A stretch of DNA of 64,000 bases, taken from positions 64,001 through 128,000 of the forward strand of contig CAVTZU010000018.1 of the NCBI GenBank assembly GCA_963739305.1, read 5' to 3'. Below the pieces are notes generated by a model, which was not told where the DNA came from, made no database searches, and saw only the letters and a list, made by a program, of their open reading frames with translations. The stretch is from Candidatus Bathyarchaeota archaeon. Lineage in GTDB: Archaea; Thermoproteota; Bathyarchaeia; Bathyarchaeales; Bathycorpusculaceae. The position numbers and the translations under genes were made by a program. Below are positions 10,142-21,207 of the stretch, in pieces. How positions within the stretch are numbered: position 1 is the first letter of the stretch; every line of letters begins with the position of its first letter.

Positions 10142-10600
10142 TTAGTCTGTTGCCTCTGATTCTTCTTCGGCTGAAGCATTGGCGCAGGAAATTTGTGTTT
10201 CTCCTATACTCGTTTTTGGCTCCTTCAGTTCCTCGAGTTTATCTTCGATTGCCTTTATTAGACGAACAGGATTCACCGGTTTCGTGAAGTATGCTTCAGC
10301 CCCACTTTTGATCGCATCGATCGCATTCTGCAGTTCAGGATATCCAGTTAGCATTATCTTCACCATTTTGGGGCAGGTCTCATGCATCGTCCTCAACAGT
10401 TTTGTGCCTTCGATGTCTGGAAGTCTGACGTCAAGAACTGCCAGATCGTAAGCTTTTGTCTTTGACTTTTCCAACGCAGCTTTTCCTGTATTGGCAACAT
10501 CAACATCGTAGCCCCTGCTTTCCAGTATAAGGCTCAGAGTATCGCATATGTTTCTGTCATCGTCAACCAAGAGAATTTTCGCTTTTTCCGTTTGCAACAA
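10142..10600 (-). CDS. Stand-alone response regulator (receiver domain)
   Basis: ILLVDDD, LDVRLPD, MLTG, FTKP. Confidence 0.9.
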   Translation of the reverse strand: MLQTEKAKILLVDDDRNICDTLSLILESRGYDVDVANTGKAALEKSKTKAYDLAVLDVRLPDIEGTKLLRTMHETCPKMVKIMLTGYPELQNAIDAIKSGAEAYFTKPVNPVRLIKAIEDKLEELKEPKTSIGETQISCANASAEEESEATD

Positions 10601-10912
10601 TTCCGTCTCCGCTTCTACAGGTTGCAGTTTAGATAGAGACTGAAACCATTTCAGAGATTCATTTCATTTGATGTTAAACTGTTCTATGACAATCATTCAG
10701 TCAGTGTTAAGGAGAATTATGAGGCGTCCAAGAAAAGGGTTGTGGACCTTAAATCTGTATTGAAGTAATATCCTAGGACTGTCGCACTCTGTCAAGTACA
10801 AAACGTCCGATTTCACTCCCTGTCTTTCACGTTGAAAGTTCGATCAGTTCTCCCAAAAGATATATGAAACCTTGACTTGATAGACTAACTTCGATATTTC
10901 GAGGGTAAGATA

Positions 10913-11803
10913 ATGGAGAAAGAACTGCAGGTCTACGTTGATGGCAAGTTCTACCCAAAGTCAGAGGCCAAAGTCTCAGTTTTTGATCACGGGCTGCTTT
11001 ACGGAGACGGCATATTCGAGGGCATCCGCGCATATGATGGTTCAGTGTTTAAACTGAACGAACACATCGATCGACTTTACAAATCTGCTCATATGATAAT
11101 GTTGTCAATTCCTATTACAAGGGAGGAAATGATTCAGAAGACGTTGGAAACTCTGAGAAGGAACAACATGAGGGATGCTTACATTCGTCTGGTCGTTACT
11201 AGGGGAACCGGCGATCTTGGGTTGAACCCAAGGAAATGTCCTAAGCCAACGATCATAATCATCACAGATACAATTTCGTTGCATATGGCAAGTGCCAAAG
11301 ACACAGGGATTGCAGCGATGATATCGTGGGTGAAGCGGGACCCAGTGGATGCAACGTCTCACGAGATCAAATCTCTCAACTACCTGAATAGTATTCTTGC
11401 AAAGATTGAAGCGAACATTGCTGGCGTTGATGAAGCAATATGTCTCGACAAGAACGGGTTTGTCTGCGAAGGCGTTGCCGAGAACATATTTATCGTAAGG
11501 AAGGGAAAAGTTTACACGCCACCAACCTACACAGGCGCATTGCATGGGATAACGGCTGAATGTGTCCAAAATCTCTGCAAAAGCCTAGGGTATGATGCAA
11601 AGGAGAAGAACATCACGCCTTTTGAATTGTTTAACGCGGATGAGGTCTTCTTCACTGGTACGGCTGCGGAGATTATACCTGTCAGAGAAATAAATCAGAG
11701 ACAGATAAACGACGGCAAACCAGGTCTTATCACTCGAAGGCTTATGGGAGAGTTTGCCAAAATGGTTCGCGACCCCAAAGAAGGGGTTCCTATTTACAAG
11801 TAG
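10913..11803 (+). CDS. ilvE: Branched-chain amino acid aminotransferase
   Basis: DHGLLYGDGIFEGIRAY, KSLNYLN, EGVAEN, LHGIT, DEVFFTGTAAEI. Confidence 0.95.
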   Translation: MEKELQVYVDGKFYPKSEAKVSVFDHGLLYGDGIFEGIRAYDGSVFKLNEHIDRLYKSAHMIMLSIPITREEMIQKTLETLRRNNMRDAYIRLVVTRGTGDLGLNPRKCPKPTIIIITDTISLHMASAKDTGIAAMISWVKRDPVDATSHEIKSLNYLNSILAKIEANIAGVDEAICLDKNGFVCEGVAENIFIVRKGKVYTPPTYTGALHGITAECVQNLCKSLGYDAKEKNITPFELFNADEVFFTGTAAEIIPVREINQRQINDGKPGLITRRLMGEFAKMVRDPKEGVPIYK

Positions 11804-11839
11804 AAAACCGAGCACAAACAGTTGACCAGAGGCTTCTTC

Positions 11840-13060
11840 CTATCTATGTTTCTTCATGAAGCCTTCGATTTCATCAGCTGCTTCCTCAAGCGTCTCAAGC
11901 GGAGGGAGAACAACTCCTCTGACGTGTCCTGCCCCGTAGACCGGGTCGAATCCTGACCCATGAACGAACAGAACTCCAGTCTCCCTCAGAAGACTCAGTG
12001 TGAAGTCCATGTCCGTTTTCCATCTTGTCCCTACTCCATGGATTTTGGGAAAAACATAGAACGCTGCTTCCGGTTTTGCACAGCTGATTCCATCAATTTC
12101 GTTCAACCGCTTCCAAGCGAAGTTGCTTCTTTCCTTGATCTTTGCGACTGTGACCTTAATATGGTCCTGTGGACCGTTGAGGGCTGCCACCCCCGCTTCT
12201 TGGACTGGAGTGTTTGCGCAGAGCCTTATTCTCGCTTCCTTTTCGACGCAATCTTTGAGTTGTTTCAATCTTCCCTGGGGGTTATAGAAGTAAAGATATC
12301 CTAGTCTCCAGCCGGTCATCAGATAAGCCTTTGAAAAGCCGTTTAGTCCCACAATGGGAACGTCCTTCGTCAAGTGAGCTGTGCTCACAAACTTCTTTCC
12401 AAAAACTATCTGATCGTAAATCTCATCAGACAAAACCGTTATTTCGTGTTCAGCGGACAAGTCCAATATTTCCTTGACCACTTTGCTTTCGTAGAGCGCG
12501 CCACATGGGTTGTTTGGGTTGATGATCGCTATCACATGAGTCTTCTTCGAAATCTTTTTTCTCAGGTCGTCAATGTTGGGCTGCCAACCGTTTTCTTCGA
12601 CTGTTTCATAAGTTACCGGGTTTCCGCCGAAGAATTTGGCGTAGGCAATGTAAGGTGGATATGTCGGTCCAGGAAGCAGAATCTCGTCTCCTGGATTGAT
12701 GAGCGCAGCCATTATCATTTCTATGCCTTCAGAGATGCCAGACGTGACGATAACGTCATCAGGTGATATCTCAACGCCGTTTAGTCTCCTTTCTTTCTGA
12801 CTTATTGCCTCCCTTAGTTCAGGCAGTCCTTCTGATGGTGAATAAGCATTTGCTTTGTCGCCCGATTCGACTGCCTTCTTAAGAGCTTCCTTGATGTGGG
12901 GTGGAGTGTCGAAATCAAAGGCGTTTGGGTCTCCGATGTTCAAGTAATATATTTTTTTGCCCGTCATGGCAACCTGCTTCGCGTACGGTATCACGTCGCG
13001 GATTGCATACTCGATCTTGCGCACTCTTTCAGTGGGATTCACAGCCGACACTGGCATCAC
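11840..13060 (-). CDS. Class I/II PLP aminotransferase (alanine aminotransferase-like)
   Basis: YAIRD, LNIGDP, INPNNPCG, SDEIYD, NGFSKAYLMTGWRLGY. Confidence 0.9.
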   Translation of the reverse strand: MMPVSAVNPTERVRKIEYAIRDVIPYAKQVAMTGKKIYYLNIGDPNAFDFDTPPHIKEALKKAVESGDKANAYSPSEGLPELREAISQKERRLNGVEISPDDVIVTSGISEGIEMIMAALINPGDEILLPGPTYPPYIAYAKFFGGNPVTYETVEENGWQPNIDDLRKKISKKTHVIAIINPNNPCGALYESKVVKEILDLSAEHEITVLSDEIYDQIVFGKKFVSTAHLTKDVPIVGLNGFSKAYLMTGWRLGYLYFYNPQGRLKQLKDCVEKEARIRLCANTPVQEAGVAALNGPQDHIKVTVAKIKERSNFAWKRLNEIDGISCAKPEAAFYVFPKIHGVGTRWKTDMDFTLSLLRETGVLFVHGSGFDPVYGAGHVRGVVLPPLETLEEAADEIEGFMKKHR

Positions 13061-13108
13061 CGTTTAGCGGTGTGTCTGTCTAGAAATGAAATAAAGATTG
13101 CGGAGAAA

Positions 13109-14739
13109 CTACCCCACTTTGAAGGTTCTTGACACTTGGAATCCGTCTGCAGTTGTCAGTACAACGGTCACGTTTTCGTTTGTATAGGGAATCCAGTTCC
13201 AAGAACAAACGATTCCTATTTCGGATCCGGCGTCGACTTCATATCCTGAAGATTCTATCACCAGCAGCGGAGTGGTCTCGTTTCCGATCAGGACTTGGAC
13301 GACGGTCGCGTTGAACTTGGTTAGTTCACTGTTTTTGACTGTGATGTTCACGTAGGGAACCTCTGAAGCTACGTTTGAGAAAGATGCACTTGTGATATTC
13401 AAGTACGGAAGCGTCACGTTAATGGTTGGCAGAATTTCTGTTGAGTTGTACACGAGGTGTGCTCTTATGGTGACGCTTTGTCCCACGAAGTTTGACCAAT
13501 CGAACGAGCAGACTAATGATCCATTTGTACCCGGAGCTATCAACGTTGGTGAGATGATAGTTGCGTTTTGGCCAATGTCTATTTCGGTCACGTTGGCTGC
13601 TTGGACCGAGTATCCAAGATTTGTGACGTTAACTGAAAATGTTGCTGTGTTGGTCAAATCAAAATTAACACCAACTATGCCTCCGGCATACCGTGCGGGT
13701 GTTGTCACCGTTAATGGTACAGAGGTGAATCCCTGTTTGGTGTAGGCAATCACTTGGATGTTTGTGTTCCGAAGGCTTGTGTCAGTCCAATTCCAAGGAC
13801 ACGTAATGGTGGCTGTTTGGTTTGTGCGGCAATTGTCAACGGGAGGGTCGGTGTTGTTCCGTTGATTATTGTGTCAGTTACGTTGCCGTGCTGGAACGTC
13901 AGGCTCGTGATGTTCACGTAGCTTGCAGAATCTGGGGAATTAGACAGGGTGACGTTGACTTGGCTTGTGTTCTCTAAGTCAAAATCAACCTGTGTTGTCA
14001 GTAGAGTAACGGTTGAACCCACGTTTGTTCTCAATTCAGCTGTGAATCCTTCAGCGGTCACTACCTGTACGATTGGGTTCACGTGTCCTTGCCAGTTTGT
14101 GTAGCATGTGAACGTAACAGTCTGGTTCGGTTGTAATACCTGCGGTAGTGCTATGCTCAGATTGTCAACTGGGGTGAGGTCGAACAAAACTTGACTAAGC
14201 GTGAGGTTGATCGGGGAGTTGTCGTTTGTGACTGTAGCGTTAAAGCGTTGTATGGTGTCTGACGGGTCGAAAAGTGTGACCAAACTAATTTTGACGGAGG
14301 GTGTCTGAACAGTTAGTGGTGCAGCTTCCGTGTTGTTTATTGTTAGCACGTGCACTGTGAGGACGTTGCCGGCCAGTACTCCCCAGTTCAGAGTACAATT
14401 GAAGGTTTGTTGCGTTCCCTTTTCGATGAATATTGGAAGTTGAGGGTCACTGTTTGTTATGCTGGTTTTGTTGTTTCCCGAAGATTCGATGTAAATATCG
14501 GTGATGTTTGCTCCAACGATTGAGTGCGATGGATTCATAACTGTCAGGTTAAAGTGATTTCCATTGTCTGCTGGGAAGTTGACGTTTGTGATTATTAGGT
14601 CGGCTGTGTTTTCGGGTTCCAGGTAGAATGGTGCCATGGTCCAAACGTATGCCAACAGGGCGCCGACTATTGCCGATATCAGTATGAGCAAGATTAGGAT
14701 TATACTGGAGATTGCTCTGACGCCTTTTTTGACGCGCAA
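13109..14739 (-). CDS. Surface glycoprotein with class III-like signal peptide and five repeated beta-rich domains; one frameshift near 13828 splits it into two ORFs
   Basis: KKGVRA/ISSIILILL N-terminus; alternative frame across the break reads NQTATITCPWNW...VIAYTKQGF, matching the other repeats. Confidence 0.7.
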
Positions 14740-14946
14740 TTTGTTCCCTCGATCCTATGCGATTGGTGTAGAACATATTCTCGGTAGTAAATAAGCATTT
14801 CAGGACTGTATCAGGAACGTTTTGGTCTCCATTTTTGTGATATGTTTGGTTAGAGAACTGGCTCTACTTTTTTGTGCGGTTAGGATAGCTAAGCTTAAAT
14901 CTTGTCCTTCTCCATACTTGACTTCCCAAAAATTCAGGTGGTTGTG

Positions 14947-16233
14947 ATGAACGAGTGTGACGCGGTGATAGTCGGCGCAGGAATTGTGGGGTTGTCGACT
15001 GGATATCACCTTAAGCGCATGAACCCGAAGCTCGATGTTTTGATCGTTGACAAACGGGGTGCTGCTGGTCAAGGCAGCACCGCGAAGAGTGCGGCTGCTT
15101 TTCGGTGTCTGTTTGCTTCGAGGACCAATTTTGCATTGGCGGATTCTTCGGCCGAATTCTACAAGCACGTGCAGAACGATTTGAAGTTTGATCTGAAGCT
15201 GCGCTGGGCAGGGTACCTGTGGTTTTTTGATGAGGAAGGTTACGGCAAAATGCTTCCTGTTCTGAAGGATCTCGCCAACCGAGGTTTTCAGTACAAAGAA
15301 TACGACGCGCCGGATCTCGCGAAAAGACTCGAAATGAAGACTGATCTAAGCAGAGATGATGAAGCAAAGATGATGGGGTTGGCCAATGTTCACAAGGGAG
15401 TCTTGATTCCGAAGGCGGGACTGATTGATGTTGATTCCCTTGTGAAATTCTATGAGTCCGAGTTCTTGAAGCTCGGTGGAAGGATTCAGTACCACACTGA
15501 GGTTGAGCAGCTCGTCGTTGAACCTCGCAGTCCTTTGGGAATGCCGGGCGAACCCTATTTCTGGCAGGACGCAACCATCACGGGCGTGAAAACCGTGAAG
15601 GGTTTGATCAAAGCAGAGAAAACAATCGTTGCAGCGGGCGCATGGGCTTCTCAACTTCTGGATCCAGTCGGGATCGAATGTTTCATCAAGGCTAAGAAGC
15701 GACAGGTTTTCTCCGTCAAGGCAAACACCAGCGAGCTTAGAAAGCTACTGTTCTGCAAAGAATTCTCGGAGGCTGGATGTCTCCCGTTCACGATTCTTCC
15801 GAAACCCACTGCATACATTCGCCCTGCTCCTGAGGAGGATGCTTTGTGGCTAGCGTACGCTGACGAGTTTCCGAGAGCCTTCAAGGTTGAAGAGGAGCCC
15901 GAGCCTGAGGAAAACTATTACAGTTATGGGCTGTATCAAGTGATGGTCAAGTATTTCCCACAGTTGACTGGCTGTCAGCCATTTTCGTCTTTCGCTGGAT
16001 TGTATGAGATAAACAGTATCGATGGTCAACCGATCATTTTCGAGGAGAACGGAGTTGTTGTAGCAGGCGGAGCAAGCGGAAGCGGAATTTTGAAGGCTGA
16101 TGCTATGGGAAGGATCGCTGCGGCTCTGTTCAACGGTGAAGAGTACGCGTATCTCCACGGTGACAAAAAGTTCAAAGTCAGTGATCTAGGGATCAAGAAC
16201 AGGAGCGTCGAGCCAGAGAAGCTGGTGATATAG
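14947..16233 (+). CDS. FAD-dependent oxidoreductase (DAO / sarcosine oxidase beta / proline dehydrogenase family)
   Basis: VIVGAGIVGLS, GSTAKSAA, AAGAW, GLYE...DGQPI, GASGSGI. Confidence 0.88.
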   Translation: MNECDAVIVGAGIVGLSTGYHLKRMNPKLDVLIVDKRGAAGQGSTAKSAAAFRCLFASRTNFALADSSAEFYKHVQNDLKFDLKLRWAGYLWFFDEEGYGKMLPVLKDLANRGFQYKEYDAPDLAKRLEMKTDLSRDDEAKMMGLANVHKGVLIPKAGLIDVDSLVKFYESEFLKLGGRIQYHTEVEQLVVEPRSPLGMPGEPYFWQDATITGVKTVKGLIKAEKTIVAAGAWASQLLDPVGIECFIKAKKRQVFSVKANTSELRKLLFCKEFSEAGCLPFTILPKPTAYIRPAPEEDALWLAYADEFPRAFKVEEEPEPEENYYSYGLYQVMVKYFPQLTGCQPFSSFAGLYEINSIDGQPIIFEENGVVVAGGASGSGILKADAMGRIAAALFNGEEYAYLHGDKKFKVSDLGIKNRSVEPEKLVI

Positions 16234-16309
16234 GCTTCCGTCTGCGGTTAAGCTTATCTACGATTTGCCACATATTTCTAGTCTGCTGATTTTCAGGAAG
16301 TGTGATGAT

Positions 16310-18145
16310 ATGTTCGGTTGGAACGGCAGAATTCTTCACGTCAATCTGGGCAAAGGCAAAGCTGTTGCCGCCACGTATCCCGCTGGGATGGCGCAGAGTT
16401 GCCTCGGCGGAAGGGGCTTTGCCGCGCGCATACTTTGGGATGAGCTCAGACCCGGGATCGACCCGCTGTCGCCTGACAACAAGCTTGTCCTTGCTGCTGG
16501 TCCTTTGACGGGTTTTGCGTTGCCCAGCAGTGGAAAACTGGTTGTTGCGGCCAAGAGTCCTCTGACGTGGGGTTATGGAGACGGGAATATCGGGACTTTT
16601 GCAGCGGTTCAGATGCGGAAGGCAGGGTATGACGCCGTGGTGATCGAAGGAAAGGCAGATAAGCCTATTATGCTTCTCGTGCGAGACGATTCCGCCGAGT
16701 TTTTTGATGCCACTGATCTCTGGGGCTTGAATTCTTTCGAGGTCGAAAGAAAGCTCGCTGAAATCTATGGACATACCGTTGGCGTTCTCTGCATAGGACA
16801 GGCTGGTGAGAACCTTGTAAAATTCGCCTGCGTCGTTTCTCAAGAAGGTCGTGCAGGAGGCAGGCCCGGCATGGGAGCCGTGATGGGTTCGAAGAAACTG
16901 AAAGCGGTTGTTTTCATCGGGTCGAACGACTTGCCGGTTGCCTATCCGAAAGAGATGAAAGAACTGGGAGCTGAAGCCCTCAGGGAAGTGTTGATGAAAC
17001 CCAACTATGCGTTTTGGAAGCGTCAGGGCACGATGAGCACGATAGAATGGAGTCAAGAGAACAGTGTCCTTCCCACCTTTAACTATCGCGAAGGTATCTT
17101 CTCCAAAGCTGAAGCCATAAACGGTTTTGCAATGGAGAAGATCAAAGTCTCAAACCGCGGTTGTCCACAATGTAACATGACGTGCGGAAACATCGTGAAG
17201 GACTCCGACAGAAAAGAAGCCGAACTTGATTATGAGAATATTGCAATGCTAGGGTCAAACATAGGCTTGGGCAATCTGAAGCAAGTCGCTGCTCTCAATC
17301 GTATGGCGGACGAATATGGGTTGGACGCGATCTCTCTGGGTAACGTTTTAGGTTTTGCCATGGAAGCATCTGAGAAAGGGTTGATTGAAGAAAAGATTCC
17401 ATGGGGTAAGTTCAAGATCACAAAGACTCTTGTGAAAGATATCGCCTTTAGAACTGGCAGACTGGGCAATTTGCTCGCGGATGGCGTCTACTCCGCCTCA
17501 CAAGAGATAGGAAAAGGATCCAATCGTTGGGCTATGCACGTCAAAGGCTTGGAAGTATCGGCCTATGATTGTCACACCACGCCGGGCATGGCGTTAGCTT
17601 ATGGAACCTGCTCCATAGGTGCTCATCACAAAGATGCTTGGGTTATCTCTTGGGAAGTCAAGGCTGGGCGGCAAGGATATGCGGATGAGAAGGTTGACAA
17701 GGTCATAGAGTTACAGCGAATTCGAGGCGGTGCTCTTGAGTCTCTGGGCGTCTGCAGGTTTCCGTGGATCGAGTTGGGTCTTGAGCTTGAATGGTATCCG
17801 AGACTTTTACACGCCGCAACAGGCTTAGATTTTTCATGGAGCGACCTGAACATAATAGCTGACAGAGTCTTCAATTTGACGAGAGCATTCTGGGTGCGCG
17901 AGTACGGCAAAAAGTGGAGTCCCGAAATGGATGTTCCACCCCCCAGATGGTTTGAAGAACCGTTGACAACAGGATCATTCAAAGGGTCGAAGCTTGACAG
18001 AGCAAAATATGATGTCATGCTGCAGACTTACTACAAGAAACGAGGCTGGGATGAGCGCGGTATCCCAACGAAATCGACTTTGGCGCGACTCGGTCTCGGA
18101 GACGTGGCAAAAGAACTTGGCGCTCACGTGAGTCTTTCAAAGTAG
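16310..18145 (+). CDS. Tungsten aldehyde:ferredoxin oxidoreductase family (FOR-like)
   Basis: MFGWNGRILHVNL, KSPLT, GRPGMGAVMGSKKLKA, CPQCNMTC, DEYGLDAIS, YYKKRGWD. Confidence 0.92.
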   Translation: MFGWNGRILHVNLGKGKAVAATYPAGMAQSCLGGRGFAARILWDELRPGIDPLSPDNKLVLAAGPLTGFALPSSGKLVVAAKSPLTWGYGDGNIGTFAAVQMRKAGYDAVVIEGKADKPIMLLVRDDSAEFFDATDLWGLNSFEVERKLAEIYGHTVGVLCIGQAGENLVKFACVVSQEGRAGGRPGMGAVMGSKKLKAVVFIGSNDLPVAYPKEMKELGAEALREVLMKPNYAFWKRQGTMSTIEWSQENSVLPTFNYREGIFSKAEAINGFAMEKIKVSNRGCPQCNMTCGNIVKDSDRKEAELDYENIAMLGSNIGLGNLKQVAALNRMADEYGLDAISLGNVLGFAMEASEKGLIEEKIPWGKFKITKTLVKDIAFRTGRLGNLLADGVYSASQEIGKGSNRWAMHVKGLEVSAYDCHTTPGMALAYGTCSIGAHHKDAWVISWEVKAGRQGYADEKVDKVIELQRIRGGALESLGVCRFPWIELGLELEWYPRLLHAATGLDFSWSDLNIIADRVFNLTRAFWVREYGKKWSPEMDVPPPRWFEEPLTTGSFKGSKLDRAKYDVMLQTYYKKRGWDERGIPTKSTLARLGLGDVAKELGAHVSLSK

Positions 18146-18161
18146 AAAAGCAGATTTGTCT

Positions 18162-19625
18162 TCAGTAAGCCACTGCGGTTCTGACAATCTCCTTTGCTTC
18201 TTCTCCGCAGACTATGCATTTTCCCTCGATCTTTGCTTTCGAGTCCTCCGGGATACCTAAGACCCGGGCGTTCGTAAGTTCTTCAAGCTTGTGACCGCAG
18301 ACAGTCTTACTGCACCAAGGTACTTCAACGACGCCAGCATGTTTCTCCAACAGTTTCTTGGCTTCCTCCAATGTTTCAGTGCGGTAAACATGTTGCTCGT
18401 TCCAATGCCAAGCTTTCTGTCTCAGGTCCTTTGTTATTTGTGCTGCAAGGTTGGTCAGAAACTTAGGAAGTTCATTTCGTTTGCATGTCTGCTTTTCCAG
18501 AGTGTCTCGTCTAACCACTGTGACTTCCCCTTTTTCCATGTCTCTTGGACCTATTTCCACCCGAATGGGTACGCCTCTGAGTTCCCAGTCAAAGTATTTC
18601 GCGCCTGGAGTTACAGTGTCTCGAAGATCAACGTCTACTCTGAATCCTTTTTCCTTCAGCTCCGTTGCGACTACTTCGCATTCTCTGTTCACGATTTCTG
18701 CCTTTCCTTTGTACGGGATTGGGATCATTATGACTTGTATCGGCGCGATTTTCGGCGGCAATACTATGCCATGGTCATCTCCATGCATTATGAGAGCTGA
18801 TGCTATCCCGCGTCCTGATATTCCGGCGCACGTTTGCCAGACGTGTTCTCTACCTCCGTCTCTTGTCTCATATGAAACGTCGAAGGCTTTTGAGAAGTGT
18901 TGACCCAGGTGATGGACTGTTCCTATCTGAAGTGTCCTGCCATCTGGGCATATCATATCGAAAGCTGTTGTGTACTTCGCGCCTGCGAACTTGTCCCATT
19001 CAGGTCTTCGAGAGATGCAGTAGGCCACGCCTAGTTCGTTGAATATCTTCTTGTAATTGTCTATTTCTTCTTTCACTTCTGCTTCGGCATCTGCTTCTGT
19101 TGCGTGTGCCGTGTGTGCTTCCTTGAAGTCGAACTCTCTCATTCTCAAGATCGGCCTTGTTGCTTTGGTTTCAAACCTGAAAACAGTGACTATTTGGTAG
19201 AGTTTCAGTGGCAGATCAGTGTAAGAGCGTATCCACAGGTGCTCCATAGGACCGATTATTGTTTCACTCGTCGGTCTCAAGGCAAGCCGTTGTTTTAGGT
19301 GTTTTTGTCCGCCTTGGGTGACCCAGAAGACCTGTGCCTCGAACCCTTCGACGTGTTCTGCTTCCTTCTGTAGGGAGGTTTCTGGTATCAGCAACGGAAA
19401 CAATGCTTCATTGTGACCGGTTAGGTCGAGTTGATCTCGGATAATTCGAAAAACGTTTTCTCTTATCTTGAACCCGTAGGGAAGCCAGACTCCTAACCCT
19501 TTGATTGGGTACCTGTAGTCGAGAATTTTTCCCTCGATCAGGACTTTTCGGAACCATTTTCCGAAGTGTTTGCTCCATTTTTCTCTGGAAACGATCTTCT
19601 CACTTGTCTTGGTTGTTTTCGACAT
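18162..19625 (-). CDS. proS: Proline--tRNA ligase (archaeal/eukaryal type)
   Basis: [43 protein letters not shown]-terminal Zn site and terminal Y. Confidence 0.97.
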   Translation of the reverse strand: MSKTTKTSEKIVSREKWSKHFGKWFRKVLIEGKILDYRYPIKGLGVWLPYGFKIRENVFRIIRDQLDLTGHNEALFPLLIPETSLQKEAEHVEGFEAQVFWVTQGGQKHLKQRLALRPTSETIIGPMEHLWIRSYTDLPLKLYQIVTVFRFETKATRPILRMREFDFKEAHTAHATEADAEAEVKEEIDNYKKIFNELGVAYCISRRPEWDKFAGAKYTTAFDMICPDGRTLQIGTVHHLGQHFSKAFDVSYETRDGGREHVWQTCAGISGRGIASALIMHGDDHGIVLPPKIAPIQVIMIPIPYKGKAEIVNRECEVVATELKEKGFRVDVDLRDTVTPGAKYFDWELRGVPIRVEIGPRDMEKGEVTVVRRDTLEKQTCKRNELPKFLTNLAAQITKDLRQKAWHWNEQHVYRTETLEEAKKLLEKHAGVVEVPWCSKTVCGHKLEELTNARVLGIPEDSKAKIEGKCIVCGEEAKEIVRTAVAY

Positions 19626-19950
19626 TCTGATCTCTCCATCGTTGGCTGTTTCTAGAATATAATTCTAGTGTGACATCTTTCATGAAATGGGCTACGCGTC
19701 TTGAGAATTCAGCAGCGTGGAAGGCAATCGCCCATTTCTACCACACCGAAGGACATTGTAAAAGGAATTATTAAGTGTTTACTTGATTCACAGGAGTGCG
19801 CGCTGTTAATGGAGGGAAATCCATCGGAATCAAGCTGCAGCTTAGTCTCTTGCGCGCGCACGTGTTATGCCGGTGGAATTCTGCGCAAGTGTTTTTAACG
19901 TGATCTCCACAAACCTTAGGGTGTTCTCGCTCCGTGAGGATAAGTGAGGT

Positions 19951-21198
19951 TTGGGTTTGAAAGCAATTCTGGTAGTCGCAGATGGAATGGCAGACAGACC
20001 GATAAGCGAGCTAGGGTCGAAGACACCGTTGGAAGCAGCGTCGAGGCCAAATCTGAATCGAATTGCTAAGAACGGCGTGTGTGGCATAATGGATCCTATC
20101 GCCCCTGGAATTCCTCCGGGCAGCGACACCGCAACGCTGGCTATGCTCGGCTACGATCCATGGAAGGTCTATTCAGGCAGAGGCGCTTTTGAGGCTGAAG
20201 GCTCAGACGTTGAAGTCCTGCCCGGAGATGTTGCATTCAGATGTAACTTCGCTACGGTGAACGATGATTTGGTTGTTCTGGATAGACGTGCCGGCAGAAT
20301 AGCCAACGAAGACGCAGCGAAATTGGCTGCTAGCCTGAGAAAAGTGAAGCTTCAAGAGTCCTTGAAGGTCACGTTTCAGTTTAAGAACACAGTTCAACAC
20401 CGGGCAATCTTGGCGATTCGCGGGCCAAAGCTATCTTCGGCGGTGAGTGATTCGGACCCGGAGACGAATGGAAAGAAAGTGTTGGAGGTCCGGCCGTTAG
20501 AAGACAGTGCTGAGGCTAAACGCACTGCTCAGATTGCCAACTTGCTCGTTCACGAGTTTCACAGGGTATTAGCCCAACATCCAGTCAACAAAAAAAGGGC
20601 TGACCAAAACCTGCCTGTTGCCAACATGATTCTTCTCCGAGGAGCAGGCAACCTGCCGAAGATACCTACTCTTCAAGAGAAATATGGCATCAAACCCGCG
20701 TGTGTTGCCGCTGTTTCTCTGATAAGAGGCGTCTGCAAAGTTGCAGGAATGGACTTGATTGACGTCAAAGGTGCCACTGGCACGCCTCAGACTGACTATA
20801 TGGCTAAAGCCAAAGCAACTGTTGAATCTTTGAAGAAGCATGATTTTGTGCTCTTGCACGTTAAGGCCACAGATGTCGCAAGTCACGATGGCAACGTCAA
20901 GCTGAAGGTGCAAATTATCGAGAAGATCGACAGAATGCTGGGTCATGTTCTAGCCAATATTGATCCAAAATCGACCTTTGTCGCGGTCACTGCTGACCAC
21001 ACGACGTCAACAGTCACAAGAAATCATGAGGGAGATCCCGTTCCAGTCGTGATAATGGGACCTGGAGTACGCTGTGATGACGTTGCAGAGTTCGGTGAGA
21101 GAACGTGCGCAAAAGGTGGGCTTAACAGGGTAAGAGGGCTAGATCTTATGCCAACTCTGATGAGTCTGATGGGCAAAGGAAAGAAATTTGGATCCTAG
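19951..21198 (+). CDS. apgM: 2,3-bisphosphoglycerate-independent phosphoglycerate mutase
   Basis: DGMADRP...KTPLEAA, PGSDTA, GRGAFEA, HVKATDVASHDG, TADHTT. Confidence 0.93.
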   Translation: MGLKAILVVADGMADRPISELGSKTPLEAASRPNLNRIAKNGVCGIMDPIAPGIPPGSDTATLAMLGYDPWKVYSGRGAFEAEGSDVEVLPGDVAFRCNFATVNDDLVVLDRRAGRIANEDAAKLAASLRKVKLQESLKVTFQFKNTVQHRAILAIRGPKLSSAVSDSDPETNGKKVLEVRPLEDSAEAKRTAQIANLLVHEFHRVLAQHPVNKKRADQNLPVANMILLRGAGNLPKIPTLQEKYGIKPACVAAVSLIRGVCKVAGMDLIDVKGATGTPQTDYMAKAKATVESLKKHDFVLLHVKATDVASHDGNVKLKVQIIEKIDRMLGHVLANIDPKSTFVAVTADHTTSTVTRNHEGDPVPVVIMGPGVRCDDVAEFGERTCAKGGLNRVRGLDLMPTLMSLMGKGKKFGS

Positions 21199-21207
21199 AA
21201 TTATTGG

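Noticed and set aside
10142-10600. Orphan response regulator as a novel signalling system
   Set aside because: Stand-alone receiver domains are common in archaea; the kinase may be elsewhere.
19700-19950. Dyads (AAGCTGCAGCTT; CTTGCGC...GCGCAAG) in the proS-apgM spacer as an ncRNA
   Set aside because: Short single-copy dyads, compatible with chance or ordinary promoter sites; no C/D box or tRNA features.
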